Below, piece after piece: positions 1 to 10,836 of a stretch of 64,000 bases of DNA (position 1 is its first letter; each line of letters begins with the position of its first letter). The DNA comes from an uncultured delta proteobacterium. GTDB taxonomy: Bacteria; Desulfobacterota; Binatia; Binatales; Binataceae. The translations under genes were made by a program, and so were the position numbers. The notes beneath the pieces were generated by a model. The model was not told the origin of the DNA. It saw nothing but the letters and a program-made list of their open reading frames with translations, and made no database searches. The stretch is from assembly GCA_963842085.1 (NCBI GenBank), contig CAWJET010000001.1, positions 1,280,001 through 1,344,000 on the forward strand, read 5' to 3'.

Positions 1-35
1 AACCGTTCATTTTGGAAACCGCCCACACACGGTAC

Positions 36-162
36 CTAGCAGGTTGCGGAAAAAGGGTTTTTGACTCCTGATGACATTGATCCAAGACGCATTCTCGTGA
101 TCGTAGTAATGCTTACTCTTCGCCGAAATCGTCTTTCATTGAGTTTTTCCGCAACCTGCTAG
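36..162. mobile_element. MITE copy 1 (127 bp including flanking CTAG)
   Basis: Terminal inverted repeats CTAGCAGGTTGCGGAAAAA...TTTTTCCGCAACCTGCTAG, no transposase; identical copy at 8484-8610. Confidence 0.9.
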
Positions 163-180
163 CACCTGCTGAACGAGGCG

Positions 181-1515
181 TCATTCAATATGGTATCGCT
201 TTCTCTTGCGCCAGAGCGTTGGGATGCTTATGCCGAGGGTGGCGGCGGCATCTTCGAGCGTCGGAGCAACCGCCAGCACTCGCTTGATGTGTTCTTCCTC
301 CAGCTCCTCGAGGCTTGAATCGGCTGATAGCTGGATCGGGCGCTGAGTGCTCGGCACAAAGAGCACGTCCGAGAGATCTTCCTTGCGTATGACCGTGCCC
401 CGGCTCAGAACGACCGCACGTTCCACCACGTTGCGAAGCTCTCTGATGTTCCCCGGCCACGGATATGGAATCAGGGCCTTCCTGGCCTCATCTGAGAACC
501 GGAGATCAGGGCGGCGATTTCGCGCAGCCGCCTCGGACAACAGCTTCTCGGCCAGTGGCAGAATATCCTCAGGGTGCTCGCGTAGTGCGGGTACTCGGAG
601 GCTGATCACGTTGAGCCGGTAATACAAGTCTGCTCGGAACCGGCTGGCTGCGATCTCCTGTTGCAGGTCGCGATTAGTGGCAGCGATGACGCGCGCGTCG
701 ACCGAAATGGTCTCTTGCCCACCAATCCTTTCGAAGCATCCGTCCTGCAGGAAACGAAGAAATTTCGTCTGAAGAGATAGCGACAGCTCCGCGATCTCGT
801 CAAGAAACAGCGTGCCCTGATTCGCCGCTTCGAGCCGGCCCGGTTTGTCCTTAATCGCGCCCGTAAAGGACCCCTTCATATGGCCGAACAGTTCGCTTTC
901 CAGCAGATGCTCTGAAAGGGTGGTGCAATTCACCGTTACGAAAGGATGCTCGTGTCGCGGGCTCCACTCATGTATCTGGCGCGCGAGCACATTCTTGCCG
1001 GTACCGCTCTCGCCGGTGAGCAGAATACTCGCCTCGCTGCCGGCCGCCGTGAACGCGACTTCGATCAGCTCGCGAAACCGAGTGTCGGCGGAGGCCAGCA
1101 ACGGAACGCCGTCGATCGAGTCGCGCAGTGCACGATTTTGAGAGCGCAAATTCTGGACCTCGAGAGCGCGCTCAACCGCGTGCTGAACCTGATCAAGGGA
1201 AAACGGCTTGATGAAATAATCATATGCACCCGCCTTCATGGCCGCGACTGCGTTGTCGATCGTGCCGTAAGCGGTCATGAGAATCACAATTGTTCCGGGA
1301 AACTTCGCCTTGATGCTTTTGAGCAGCTCCAAACCATTCATCTCGGCCATCCGCCAATCGCTCAAGACCAGGTCGAAGTCCCCGCACTTCGACATAACAT
1401 CCAGCGCCTGGCGCCCGCTGTCCGCGGTGGCAACCTGGTAATTGCAAGACTCGAGGAACTTGGCGAGTGTCTGCCGAATGTTCCTTTCGTCATCTACGAT
1501 CAGCAGTTTAGGCAT
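181..1515 (-). CDS. Sigma54-dependent response regulator (REC-AAA+-Fis HTH, NtrC family)
   Basis: IVDDE/LSDWRM receiver, GESGTGK Walker A, GSFTGA loop, LFLDEI, WPGNIRELRN, C-terminal HTH. Confidence 0.95.
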   Translation of the reverse strand: MPKLLIVDDERNIRQTLAKFLESCNYQVATADSGRQALDVMSKCGDFDLVLSDWRMAEMNGLELLKSIKAKFPGTIVILMTAYGTIDNAVAAMKAGAYDYFIKPFSLDQVQHAVERALEVQNLRSQNRALRDSIDGVPLLASADTRFRELIEVAFTAAGSEASILLTGESGTGKNVLARQIHEWSPRHEHPFVTVNCTTLSEHLLESELFGHMKGSFTGAIKDKPGRLEAANQGTLFLDEIAELSLSLQTKFLRFLQDGCFERIGGQETISVDARVIAATNRDLQQEIAASRFRADLYYRLNVISLRVPALREHPEDILPLAEKLLSEAAARNRRPDLRFSDEARKALIPYPWPGNIRELRNVVERAVVLSRGTVIRKEDLSDVLFVPSTQRPIQLSADSSLEELEEEHIKRVLAVAPTLEDAAATLGISIPTLWRKRKRYHIE

Positions 1516-2585
1516 CAGGACTCCAGGGAAAGCGGCAGCGTCAACGCTACTCTGCCGCCGTCTTGAAACGTTTCCGCGAACAATCTGCCGCCGTGCGCCT
1601 CGACGATCTCCCTCGCGATCGCGAGGCTGACTCCGCCTTCGGGGTTGTCCAAGACTGCGCCGGCCTGAGGCGTATTCTCGAAGATCAGTTCTCGAACACG
1701 AGGCGGAATTCCCGGGCCGCTGTCCCAGACAGATACTCTGACCTGTCTGTCTTCCTGCTCCGCAGTCAAATCGATCCTTCCCATCTCAGGAGTATAGCGC
1801 AGCGCATTGCCGACAAGAGTAGCTATCACCCACGACAGCTTCAGCGGATCGCCTGTGACTGCCGGAATCTTTTCGGCGCGCACCGCGAATTGGATTTTCC
1901 GACGCTCAAACCGGCCTTCAAATTTTCTGCAAACGAAGTCGAACAGAGTCCTGAGTTCGAAATCCATATTCTCAAGCGCGATCGATCCTGGTCGCCCGCG
2001 CACAAAATTAAGAAAGTCAGCAGATGCATGGTTGAGCCGATCAACATCTTCGATGATCTCACGGATCAGTTCGTTCTGCTCCTCTCTGCCGCGTTGCAGT
2101 AGTCCCGCTGCCAGAGACAGGGATGTCAGCGGAGTATTGAGCCGCTGGGCAACGGCCGCGACAGCGGTATCGTGAGCCCTGCTTCTTTCGCGACGTAGGG
2201 AAATATCATGAAGGACGACCAACGTACCAAGAGAATTGCCGCTCCCGTGGCGCAGCGGGGCAGCCTTCAGAAGATATTCATGATCGCGGCCTTGCACTGT
2301 CAGACTAACTTCCGCCTGCTGCTCGCCGGGTGGAAAGCTCCTGGCGCTTTCGAGCGCCGCTCGAACGAGCGGGAAACTGGCGCAGTGATGTTCGATGTCG
2401 TGATTGAATTGATGACCGATGACTCGATCGCGATCGATGGCCAGGATCTCAGCAGCCGCCCGATTCATGTGGACGACGGTCCCGGCCTGATCGAGGACGA
2501 ACGCAGGTTCGTCAAGACTATCGACTATCGCCGCGGCCCGATCGTCTTCAGTGGAAGATCCTCGCCGTACCGTCTGCGCGGCCAT
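1515..2585 (-). CDS. Soluble PAS-HisKA-HATPase protein with degenerate H-box (probable pseudokinase)
   Basis: PAS-like N-terminus; AQRLNTPLTSL at the H-box position; GNALRYT, DSGPGI; G2 box eroded (EGGVSLAI). Confidence 0.85.
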   Translation of the reverse strand: MAAQTVRRGSSTEDDRAAAIVDSLDEPAFVLDQAGTVVHMNRAAAEILAIDRDRVIGHQFNHDIEHHCASFPLVRAALESARSFPPGEQQAEVSLTVQGRDHEYLLKAAPLRHGSGNSLGTLVVLHDISLRRERSRAHDTAVAAVAQRLNTPLTSLSLAAGLLQRGREEQNELIREIIEDVDRLNHASADFLNFVRGRPGSIALENMDFELRTLFDFVCRKFEGRFERRKIQFAVRAEKIPAVTGDPLKLSWVIATLVGNALRYTPEMGRIDLTAEQEDRQVRVSVWDSGPGIPPRVRELIFENTPQAGAVLDNPEGGVSLAIAREIVEAHGGRLFAETFQDGGRVALTLPLSLES

Positions 2586-2594
2586 CCAAGTGAT

Positions 2595-3191
2595 CTACTT
2601 CGTCATGGCGGTCGGTTGATTGCCGGTGGTTGCGTCGAGCGCGAGATTGAGTTCCAGGACGTTCACGCCGGGCTCGCCCAGAAACCCAGCCCATCGCGGC
2701 TGCGTGTTGGCGTTGACGAGGGCACGCACAGTATCCGCGCTGATGCCACGAACCTTGGCCACCCGTTCAATTTGAATCTCGGCGGCAGCGGGGCTGATCT
2801 GCGGGTCAAGGCCGCTGCCGGAGGCTGTTACCATATCCACCGGGACCTGCGACGCCGAAACACTATCTTCCTCCACAACGGCCTTGGTCCGCTGCTTGAC
2901 GGAATCGATAAAGCTCTTGTTGGTCGGGCCAAGGTTAGAACCGCCTGAGCTGGTCGGATCATAGCCGTTGTTTCCCGCGGCAGAAGGGCGGGGATGAAAG
3001 TAGCGAGCGGCTTTGAAGTTCTGGGCTATCAGCGCGGATCCTACGGGCGATCCGTTCCGATAGATCAGGCTGCCGCCAGCCTGGTCGGGAAATAATACGT
3101 GACCGACCTCAAGCATCGCGATTGGATACACTATCCCAGTCAAAAGGGTCAGGACGACCGTCATCTTGATAGCAACCATCAGAGAACGCAT
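2595..3191 (-). CDS. kdpC: K+-transporting ATPase subunit C (operon 2)
   Basis: YFHPRPSA, SGGSNLGP, TASGSGLDPQIS, VNVLELNLALD. Confidence 0.97.
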   Translation of the reverse strand: MRSLMVAIKMTVVLTLLTGIVYPIAMLEVGHVLFPDQAGGSLIYRNGSPVGSALIAQNFKAARYFHPRPSAAGNNGYDPTSSGGSNLGPTNKSFIDSVKQRTKAVVEEDSVSASQVPVDMVTASGSGLDPQISPAAAEIQIERVAKVRGISADTVRALVNANTQPRWAGFLGEPGVNVLELNLALDATTGNQPTAMTK

Positions 3192-3203
3192 TCGAATTCT
3201 CCT

Positions 3204-5252
3204 CTAAGCCAAATGAATCGTGGTGATCAGCAGGTCAATCGCCTTGATGCCAATGAAAGGCGCGATGATGCCGCCAAGCCCATAGATGAGCAGATTGCGA
3301 GCGAGTATTCCGGCCGCTCCGACTGGACGATACTGCACGCCGCGTAGAGCGAGCGGGATCAAGGCGATGATGATCAAGGCGTTGAAGATGACCGCTGACA
3401 GAATCGCGCTCTCGGGCGTCGCGAGATGCATGATGTTGAGCGCCTGCAGCTCAGGATAAGCCAGCAGGAACATCGCGGGAATAATCGCGAAGTACTTCGC
3501 GACGTCATTTGCCACTGAAAAGGTAGTCAGCGCGCCGCGCGTAATCAGCAACTGCTTTCCAATCTCGACCACTTCCATGATCTTGGTCGGGTTGGAATCA
3601 AGATCGACCATGTTTCCGGCTTCGCGCGCTGCCTGAGTGCCAGCGTTCATTGCGATTCCCACGTCCGCCTGCGCCAAGGCCGGCGCGTCGTTGGTGCCAT
3701 CGCCGATCATCGCCACCAGCTTGCCTTGGGCCTGCTCGTCGCGAATCAGGCGCAGTTTAGTCTCAGGAGTGGCCTCAGCTCGAAAATCATCGACGCCAGC
3801 TTCAAAAGCAATGGCGGATGCGGTCAGGGGATTGTCGCCGGTTATCATCACGGTGCGTAGTCCCATGGCCCGCAGTCTCGCGAAGCGTTCCTTGATACCT
3901 TCCTTTATGACGTCCTTGAGGTGGATAACTCCGAGAATGTGATTGTTCTCCGCGACCACGAGCGGGGTGCCACCGCTCTTTGAGATTCGTTCCACTATCC
4001 CGTCGAGTTCCTGTGGAATGCTGCCACCCGCATCGCGAGCAAACTTAATCACGCGATCCGAAGCACCTTTACGGATTTTGCGTCCTGGCATGTCGACGCC
4101 GCTCATCCGCGTCTGCGCCGAAAATGCAATGAACTCGGTATCCTTTTCCTCCAGTTCGCGTCCGCGGATGTTGAATTCCCGCTTGGCGAGAACCACGATC
4201 GATCGTCCTTCGGGGGTTTCATCCGCGAGCGACGCAAGCTGGGCAGCATCGGCCAACTGTTCGACCCGCACGTCGAGTACGGGGATGAACTCAACCGCCA
4301 TTCGGTTGCCGAGCGTGATGGTCCCGGTCTTGTCGAGTAGAAGCGTATCGACGTCCCCTGCTGCTTCCACCGCGCGTCCGGACATTGCCAGCACGTTGTG
4401 CTGCACCAAGCGGTCCATTCCGGCGATACCTATCGCGGATAATAGTCCCCCGATTGTCGTCGGGATAAGGCAGACCAGCAGGGCAACCAGCACGGGTAAC
4501 GTTAACGATGCGTTGCCGTAAAGACCGAATGGGTAGAGGCTCACGCAGACCAGCATGAACACGAGGGTCAGACCCGACAGTAATATGCTCAGGGCGATCT
4601 CATTCGGCGTTTTCTGGCGTGCCGCGCCTTCAACCAGGGCAATCATTCGATCAAGGAAGGTCTCGCCTGGATTGGCGGTGATCCGCACCTTGATCCAGTC
4701 GGAAATAACAGTAGTGCCGCCAGTTACGGCGCTGCGATCGCCGCCGCTCTCGCGAATCACTGGCGCCGACTCGCCGGTAATAGCAGCCTCGTTGACCGCC
4801 GCCATCCCTTCGATCACCTCGCCATCACCAGGGATCGATTCACCAGCGCGTACTATGACTACATCGCCACGGCGTAGTGAAGTCGCCTGTACAGTTTCCT
4901 CCTTGCCATCGCGCAGCACCGCAGCGTGCATTTCGATCCGAGTCTTACGCAGGTTGTCGGCTTGCGCCTTCCCGCGTCCTTCAGCCATTGCCTCGGCGAA
5001 GTTGGCAAAGAGGACCGTGAACCACAGCCATATCGCAATCTGTAGCTCGAATCCGATAAGTCCGGCCTTACCTGTAAACAAATCGCGGAAGATGATTATC
5101 GTCACCGCCACTGCGGTAACTTCCACCACAAACATCACCGGGTTACGGGCCTGGATGCGCGGATCGAGCTTGCCGAGCGATTCGAACGCAGCGCGTTTCA
5201 CAATCTCCGGCTGCCACAGGGGCGTTACCTTACGTTCAGTCGTATTAGCCAC
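3204..5252 (-). CDS. kdpB: K+-transporting ATPase subunit B (operon 2)
   Basis: [36 protein letters not shown]. Confidence 0.98.
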   Translation of the reverse strand: MANTTERKVTPLWQPEIVKRAAFESLGKLDPRIQARNPVMFVVEVTAVAVTIIIFRDLFTGKAGLIGFELQIAIWLWFTVLFANFAEAMAEGRGKAQADNLRKTRIEMHAAVLRDGKEETVQATSLRRGDVVIVRAGESIPGDGEVIEGMAAVNEAAITGESAPVIRESGGDRSAVTGGTTVISDWIKVRITANPGETFLDRMIALVEGAARQKTPNEIALSILLSGLTLVFMLVCVSLYPFGLYGNASLTLPVLVALLVCLIPTTIGGLLSAIGIAGMDRLVQHNVLAMSGRAVEAAGDVDTLLLDKTGTITLGNRMAVEFIPVLDVRVEQLADAAQLASLADETPEGRSIVVLAKREFNIRGRELEEKDTEFIAFSAQTRMSGVDMPGRKIRKGASDRVIKFARDAGGSIPQELDGIVERISKSGGTPLVVAENNHILGVIHLKDVIKEGIKERFARLRAMGLRTVMITGDNPLTASAIAFEAGVDDFRAEATPETKLRLIRDEQAQGKLVAMIGDGTNDAPALAQADVGIAMNAGTQAAREAGNMVDLDSNPTKIMEVVEIGKQLLITRGALTTFSVANDVAKYFAIIPAMFLLAYPELQALNIMHLATPESAILSAVIFNALIIIALIPLALRGVQYRPVGAAGILARNLLIYGLGGIIAPFIGIKAIDLLITTIHLA

Positions 5253-5267
5253 TTTCGTTCAGCCTCG

Positions 5268-6995
5268 TTAGTAAAGTTTTCCGCTCATCATCGCCAGATG
5301 TTCAACAATCGGACCCAGCGACCAACTGGCGAAAAAGGTTAGAGCGCCGACGATGAGCACTACCGCGGCGAGGAGGATTACAAACAGACCACCGTTAGTC
5401 GGGAAGGTGCCTGCGCTCACCGGTACGGCCTTCTTCTCGACCACAGAACCAGCGATCGCCAGCACCGGGATCATGGTGCCGAAGCGCCCAAACAACATCA
5501 CCGTTCCTAGGATGACGTTGTAAAACATGGTGTTAGCGTTCAACCCAGCAAACGCCGAACCGTTGTTAGCAGCGGCTGACGAGAACGCGTAAAGAATCTC
5601 GCTAAAGCCGTGCGGTCCCGCATTAGCTATTGAAGAAAGCGCACCCTTATTAACTACAGCAGCTGCCGTTGGAAGCAGTATCACTGCCGCGAAGATCAGG
5701 ATGTACAGCATCGCCAATTTCATCTCGCGTGCCTGTATCTTCTTGCCCAGGTACTCCGGCGTGCGCCCTACCATCAGCCCCGCGATGAACACCGTCAGGA
5801 TCGCCATTACGATCATTCCCGCGAGTCCGGTACCTACACCGCCGAACACCACTTCGCCGAGGTGCAGATTGAAGATCGGAACCAGGCCGCCTATTGGAGT
5901 GAAGCTGTCGTGCATCGAATTGACGGACCCATTGGACGCGTCGGTAGTAGCAGTGGCCCACATCGCGGAGTTGACGATCCCGAAGCGCACCTCCTTGCCT
6001 TCCATGTTGCCGCCGCTCTGCTGAGCAGATGCGGTTTGGTTGATTCCGATGGAAGCGAACTGCGGGTTGCCGCGCTGTTCAGCCCGCGTGCATACAACTA
6101 CGGCGCCCAGAAAGAGCAGACCCATCGTTGCGTAGAGTGCCCATCCTTGGCGTTTGTCCCCGACCATCTTGCCAAACGTATGGGGCAACGCGGCGCCAAG
6201 GATAAAGATCGCAAACAGCTCAAGAAAATTAGTAAGCGGTGTTGGATTCTCGAACGGATGAGCTGAGTTGGCGTTGAAGAAGCCGCCGCCATTGGTGCCC
6301 AGCTGCTTGATCGCAATCTGCGATGCTACCGGACCTTGGGCGATACTCTGTGCGGCTCCTTCGACTGTCTTTACGCTAGTGTAGGCGCTGAAGTTATCGG
6401 GCACGCCCTGCCATATCAGAACCAGAGTGAAAACTATGCAGATCGGAATCAGGATCCACAGCGTCGCGCGGACCAGGTCGTACCAGAAGTTTCCAATGGT
6501 ACGGATGCCGTGTCGAGCAAAACCCCGGATGACGGCGATCGCGATCGCCAAACCCGCTGCCGCCGATACGAAGTTGTGGAACGCGAGGCCCGCCATCTGA
6601 GTCAGATAACTCATGGTGGATTCGCCTGAGTAAGCCTGCCAGTTGGTATTGGTCGTGAAGCTTGCCGCGGTATTGAATGCGAGCCCGGGTTCGACCCCGG
6701 CAAATCCCTGCGGATTCAGCGGCAGGAAATACTGCAAGCGTTCCAGCGCGTATAAGACTATCATCCCGACGAAACTGAACAGCAGCACCGAGATCGTATA
6801 TTCGACCCAGGTCTGCTCCGTTGCCGGCTTGACCCCGCACAGCCGATAAATCAGACGCTCGACTGGCGTAAGGACCGGATCCAGAAACGTGCGCTCGCCT
6901 GCAAAAACGCGCGCCATGTAAAGCCCGAGCGGCACGCTAATGATGGTGAGAACCACCGAGTAGAAACCGATTTGAATTAAAGCGTTACTAAACAC
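5268..6995 (-). CDS. kdpA: K+-transporting ATPase subunit A (operon 2)
   Basis: Filter motifs TNTNWQ, GTNGGG, ASNGS, NNGSAF; GRTPEYLGKK. Confidence 0.98.
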   Translation of the reverse strand: MFSNALIQIGFYSVVLTIISVPLGLYMARVFAGERTFLDPVLTPVERLIYRLCGVKPATEQTWVEYTISVLLFSFVGMIVLYALERLQYFLPLNPQGFAGVEPGLAFNTAASFTTNTNWQAYSGESTMSYLTQMAGLAFHNFVSAAAGLAIAIAVIRGFARHGIRTIGNFWYDLVRATLWILIPICIVFTLVLIWQGVPDNFSAYTSVKTVEGAAQSIAQGPVASQIAIKQLGTNGGGFFNANSAHPFENPTPLTNFLELFAIFILGAALPHTFGKMVGDKRQGWALYATMGLLFLGAVVVCTRAEQRGNPQFASIGINQTASAQQSGGNMEGKEVRFGIVNSAMWATATTDASNGSVNSMHDSFTPIGGLVPIFNLHLGEVVFGGVGTGLAGMIVMAILTVFIAGLMVGRTPEYLGKKIQAREMKLAMLYILIFAAVILLPTAAAVVNKGALSSIANAGPHGFSEILYAFSSAAANNGSAFAGLNANTMFYNVILGTVMLFGRFGTMIPVLAIAGSVVEKKAVPVSAGTFPTNGGLFVILLAAVVLIVGALTFFASWSLGPIVEHLAMMSGKLY

Positions 6996-7011
6996 TTTTG
7001 TCTTCTCGCCT

Positions 7012-7104
7012 TTAGAATTTTTCCGGCCGCAACAACGCGTAGACCAAGTACACAGTCAGGCCGACAGCCATTATCGAACCCATTGCTATTTCCCAAGGCG
7101 TCAT
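7012..7104 (-). CDS. kdpF: KdpF small subunit (30 aa)
   Basis: Hand translation MTPWEIAMGSIMAVGLTVYLVYALLRPEKF; typical YL..AL..PEKF ending, directly upstream of kdpA. Confidence 0.93.
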   Translation of the reverse strand: MTPWEIAMGSIMAVGLTVYLVYALLRPEKF

Positions 7105-7184
7105 AGTTTTTCGCACCCCCATACGTATGCGACCGCAACTAGAAAGAACGCCACCGTTCCGATGAGGAAAATTGTATCGAGCAT
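7101..7184 (-). CDS. Small membrane peptide upstream of kdpF (KdpZ-like, 27 aa)
   Basis: MLDTIFLIGTVAFFLVAVAYVWGCEKL; ATGA overlap with kdpF; paralogue at 12788-12883. Confidence 0.8.
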   Translation of the reverse strand: MLDTIFLIGTVAFFLVAVAYVWGCEKL

Positions 7185-7208
7185 AGTTAGTCTCGAGAGG
7201 AAGGCAGC

Positions 7209-7224
7209 AGCATAAAGCGTGCCT
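7209..7224 (-). promoter_or_regulatory. Sigma54 -24/-12 promoter of kdp operon 2
   Basis: Minus strand AGGCACGCTTTATGCT (GG-N10-GC). Confidence 0.7.
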
Positions 7225-7277
7225 CCGGATCTTCCATGCGAATGTGGATTTTTTCGTCAGTCGCCAACGGGCAGGGA

Positions 7278-7290
7278 TTTCAAAATGATA
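7278..7290. promoter_or_regulatory. Putative activator binding site (TTTCA-N3-TGAAA family)
   Basis: TTTCAAAATGATA upstream of the sigma54 box. Confidence 0.55.
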
Positions 7291-7439
7291 TGTGACACTG
7301 CGAATCGAAACAGGGAGCCAGCGTCGAAGAGCCGCATTAGCAGTTTCCGGGATGGAGCGATCGGATACAAAAAGCTTGCGGGATCCGCATAGTCGCGACC
7401 CCGCAAACTTTTACTTAAAGAGAGAGAAAACCGGACTGC

Positions 7440-8453
7440 CTATTGTGGCGTCTCGTAGCGGCTTGCCAATTGCAAATTGACCAGAAGAACATTGACGAAC
7501 TTTTCCCCAAACAGACCGCCAAGGGGAGCCGAAGCGTTTGCCTCCAGGATTTGCTCGATTTGATCGTGCACCTGCTTCGGGTCCAGTTTCTTATCAGCCG
7601 CCCACTTCTGAGCGACGCGATCCAACTGATATTCCGCGTTATCCAGCGTGATATCCGGATCAAGGCCCGACGCCGATGCCATAACCATGTCAGCGGGGAC
7701 ATCCTGGAGCGGCGCATCTGGATGGTCCTGTCTCCACATATCGAAGAAGATCGATTGGACGTCCGATCCGCTGGCGACCAGTTCGATGTCGGTTTGCGAT
7801 TTGCCATTAGGCAGCTGCTTGGTCACTGACGATGGGAACTTGCCCGGATTGTCCTTGGAGAAATTCTCGAAGAACAGGACGGCAAGGTCCGACGCCTGCG
7901 GCTGAGGCGTGCCCGGATTCTGCTTGATCCAGTCGTCCACCGCGCTCTTGTGACTCTTGGACCAGTCAGTTACGTACTGAGCGTGAGCAGGATCAGCGCT
8001 TACCCATCCTTGCGCGAGCCCATTGTGGTTGTCGGCCCATTGTGCAACGAGGTGGGGCTGCCCCTGGTATTGATCTTTCTGAAACCACGCCTCGATGTCG
8101 GGAGCAACCAACTGGCCAGCTTCGGGGCCGCTCTTGTATTTGACGATGGGCCCCAGCATCCGCGCGACCCTATCTCGCAGCGCATAGTTGGACGCCGCGA
8201 GTGCCGACGAGGTACTGGCGGAGGCATCATAAGACGCGGCTGAAGGCCGTGGCCAGAAGTACTCGTCCTTGGTGAACGGCTGTGCGATCTGCAGCGAGCC
8301 GACTGGCTTGCCGTCCGGTCCCGTGACCATGCTGCTGTTGGCGGTGAATGGAAAGAAGGTCTGGCCGATAGCCCACACTGCGAGCGGATAGGCTATAGCG
8401 CAAATTACGACCGTCGCAGCTAGAAGCATCAGGCTTTTGATTATGTTTCGCAT
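7440..8453 (-). CDS. kdpC: KdpC, long variant (337 aa, operon 1)
   Basis: YFWPRPSA and ASASGLDPDIT motifs separated by a large insertion relative to the 198-aa copy. Confidence 0.92.
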   Translation of the reverse strand: MRNIIKSLMLLAATVVICAIAYPLAVWAIGQTFFPFTANSSMVTGPDGKPVGSLQIAQPFTKDEYFWPRPSAASYDASASTSSALAASNYALRDRVARMLGPIVKYKSGPEAGQLVAPDIEAWFQKDQYQGQPHLVAQWADNHNGLAQGWVSADPAHAQYVTDWSKSHKSAVDDWIKQNPGTPQPQASDLAVLFFENFSKDNPGKFPSSVTKQLPNGKSQTDIELVASGSDVQSIFFDMWRQDHPDAPLQDVPADMVMASASGLDPDITLDNAEYQLDRVAQKWAADKKLDPKQVHDQIEQILEANASAPLGGLFGEKFVNVLLVNLQLASRYETPQ

Positions 8454-8483
8454 CGTTTTTCCTGTCTTCGAAGAAGACGGTCT

Positions 8484-8610
8484 CTAGCAGGTTGCGGAAA
8501 AAGGGTTTTTGACTCCTGATGACATTGATCCAAGACGCATTCTCGTGATCGTAGTAATGCTTACTCTTCGCCGAAATCGTCTTTCATTGAGTTTTTCCGC
8601 AACCTGCTAG
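8484..8610. mobile_element. MITE copy 2, overlapping the kdpB stop codon
   Basis: Identical to 36-162; right-hand CTAG (8607-8610) contains the kdpB TAG on the minus strand. Confidence 0.9.
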
Positions 8611-10772
8611 GCCACCACGTGCAAGGTGGTGAGCATTACGTCGATGAGCTTTATGCCGATGAACGGTAGAATGACGCCGCCGACTCCCCAGACCATCAGA
8701 TTTTTGCGCAACAAAGCATCGGCGCCGAGTGGCTGATACTTGACACCTTTCAGCGCCACTGGGATCAGGATTGGAATGATGACGGCGTTGAAGATGACCG
8801 CCGACAAGATCGCGGACGTGGTCGAATGAAGATTCATGATATCCATGGCCTTCAGCCACGGCAGTGTTCCGGCAAATAGCGCCGGAATGATCGCGAAGTA
8901 CTTGGCGACGTCGTTGGCGACCGAAAATGTCGTGAGCGCGCCGCGGGTCATCAGGAGCTGCTTGCCGATCTCGACGACCTCGATCAGCTTGGTGGGATCG
9001 GAATCGAGGTCCACCATGTTGCCGGCTTCCTTAGCAGCCTGCGTTCCGGAGTTCATCGCCAGCCCAACGTCGGCCTGGGCCAGCGCCGGAGCGTCGTTGG
9101 TGCCATCACCGACCATCGCCACGAGTTTGCCTTCGCCCTGCTCCTTGCGGATGTAAGCCAGCTTCGATTCGGGAGTGCATTGCGCGACGAAATCATCGAC
9201 GCCGGCGTGCTTCGCAATCGTCGCAGCAGTGAGCGGATTATCGCCGGTGATCATCACGCTGCGTACGCCCATCGCGCGCAGACGTTGCAGACGCTCGCTG
9301 ATGCCGGTCTTGAGAACGTCGGACAGCACAATGACCCCAACAATGTTTGCGCCCTCGGCAACCACGAGCGGCGTCGCTCCCTGCGAGCCTATAGCATCGA
9401 CGACGGAATCAAGATCCGACGGAATCGAACCTGACTGGTGCTCGACAAATTTGGCCACCGCGTCCGGCGCTCCTTTGCGGATCGGTTTGCCGTCGGGAAG
9501 ATCGACACCACTCATGCGTGTCTGCGCGGAAAAAGCGACAAAGCTCGTGCCATTGGGCGCCGTGACATCGGCCGGAGTTCCGCCGCGGTCGAAATGGAGC
9601 TTGACGATGGTTTTTCCTTCGGGCGTCTCATCCGCAATCGAAGCCAGGGCCGCCAGCCGTCCAACTTGCTGCGCCGTATATTTGCCGACCGGCAGGAAAT
9701 CCGTCGCGTGACGATTACCCATCGTGATCGTGCCGGTCTTGTCGAGCAGGACGGTATCGATGTCGCCCGCGGTTTCGACCGCTTTGCCGCTCTTGGCCAT
9801 GATGTTCGCTTGCAGGGCGCGATCCATTCCGGCAATGCCGATGGCTGCCAGCAGCGCACCAATCGTCGTCGGGATCAGGCACACGAGCAACGCAACCAGC
9901 GTCGGCACATCGGTACCAAGGCTCTTCAGCGGTTCAGTGAGACCGAGATACCCTGACATATAGATCTCGGCATTCAGCGCCATCGGCCAAAGCGGAATCA
10001 CCACAATCAAAAACGCCAGGCTCAATCCGGCCAGAGCCAAGGTCAGCGCGATCTCATTGGGCGTCTTCTGGCGTACAGCTCCCTCGACCAGAGCGATCAT
10101 GCGATCTAGGAACGATTCGCCGGTGGCCGCTGTAATCTTCGCGACGATGCGGTCCGAAACGACACGAGTTCCGCCTGTCACGCCCGAACGATCTCCTCCC
10201 GCCTCGCGAATAACGGGAGCCGATTCGCCGGTGATGGCGGATTCATCGACCGACGCGATTCCTTCGATAACTTCACCGTCGCCCGGAATGATTTGCCCAG
10301 CTTCGACTGCGACACGGTCTCCGGGTCTCAGGTCGGCAGACGATACCTCCTCGATCATGTCCTTGCCCTTGAGCCGATAGGCGGGCGTGTCCCTGCGCGC
10401 TTTTCGCAAGGATTCCGCCTGGGCGCGCCCGCGTGCCTCGGCCAGAGCAGTCGCGAAGTTAGCAAATAGAACAGTCAACCACAGCCAGAAGTCGAGAGCT
10501 ATGAAGTAGCTGATAGGAACCTGACTCGCAGATTGGCTGACTGCCGCTTGTATTATGAACAGCAGCGTGAGCACCGAACCGATTTCCACGACGAACATGA
10601 CCGGGTTGCGCCACTGTACGTCCGGCCGCAGCATGAGGAATGCTTCTTTGATCGCTGGCCATACCAGCTCGGGGGCGAACAGCGCCTGTGCGCGGGATCG
10701 CCTTGGCGGCACAGGCATCTCTGGCGTGATGTGAATCTCAGGTTGCGCGGGATATTTCTTTAAAGCTTCCAT
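8607..10772 (-). CDS. kdpB: K+-transporting ATPase subunit B (operon 1)
   Basis: [30 protein letters not shown]. Confidence 0.98.
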   Translation of the reverse strand: MEALKKYPAQPEIHITPEMPVPPRRSRAQALFAPELVWPAIKEAFLMLRPDVQWRNPVMFVVEIGSVLTLLFIIQAAVSQSASQVPISYFIALDFWLWLTVLFANFATALAEARGRAQAESLRKARRDTPAYRLKGKDMIEEVSSADLRPGDRVAVEAGQIIPGDGEVIEGIASVDESAITGESAPVIREAGGDRSGVTGGTRVVSDRIVAKITAATGESFLDRMIALVEGAVRQKTPNEIALTLALAGLSLAFLIVVIPLWPMALNAEIYMSGYLGLTEPLKSLGTDVPTLVALLVCLIPTTIGALLAAIGIAGMDRALQANIMAKSGKAVETAGDIDTVLLDKTGTITMGNRHATDFLPVGKYTAQQVGRLAALASIADETPEGKTIVKLHFDRGGTPADVTAPNGTSFVAFSAQTRMSGVDLPDGKPIRKGAPDAVAKFVEHQSGSIPSDLDSVVDAIGSQGATPLVVAEGANIVGVIVLSDVLKTGISERLQRLRAMGVRSVMITGDNPLTAATIAKHAGVDDFVAQCTPESKLAYIRKEQGEGKLVAMVGDGTNDAPALAQADVGLAMNSGTQAAKEAGNMVDLDSDPTKLIEVVEIGKQLLMTRGALTTFSVANDVAKYFAIIPALFAGTLPWLKAMDIMNLHSTTSAILSAVIFNAVIIPILIPVALKGVKYQPLGADALLRKNLMVWGVGGVILPFIGIKLIDVMLTTLHVVA

Positions 10773-10836
10773 TGTCTAATCCTTAGTGAGTCAATCGCGC
10801 GTAAAAGTGTCACGCTCTAAGAGTTGAGCCCTTCGG

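Noticed and set aside
1515-2585. Calling the kinase kdpD and the regulator kdpE
   Set aside because: No KdpD, USP, TM or GAF domains in this ORF, and the regulator is NtrC-type rather than OmpR-type
36-8610. Established composite transposon
   Set aside because: The bracketed block begins with kdpC of operon 1, so two independent CTAG insertions explain it more simply
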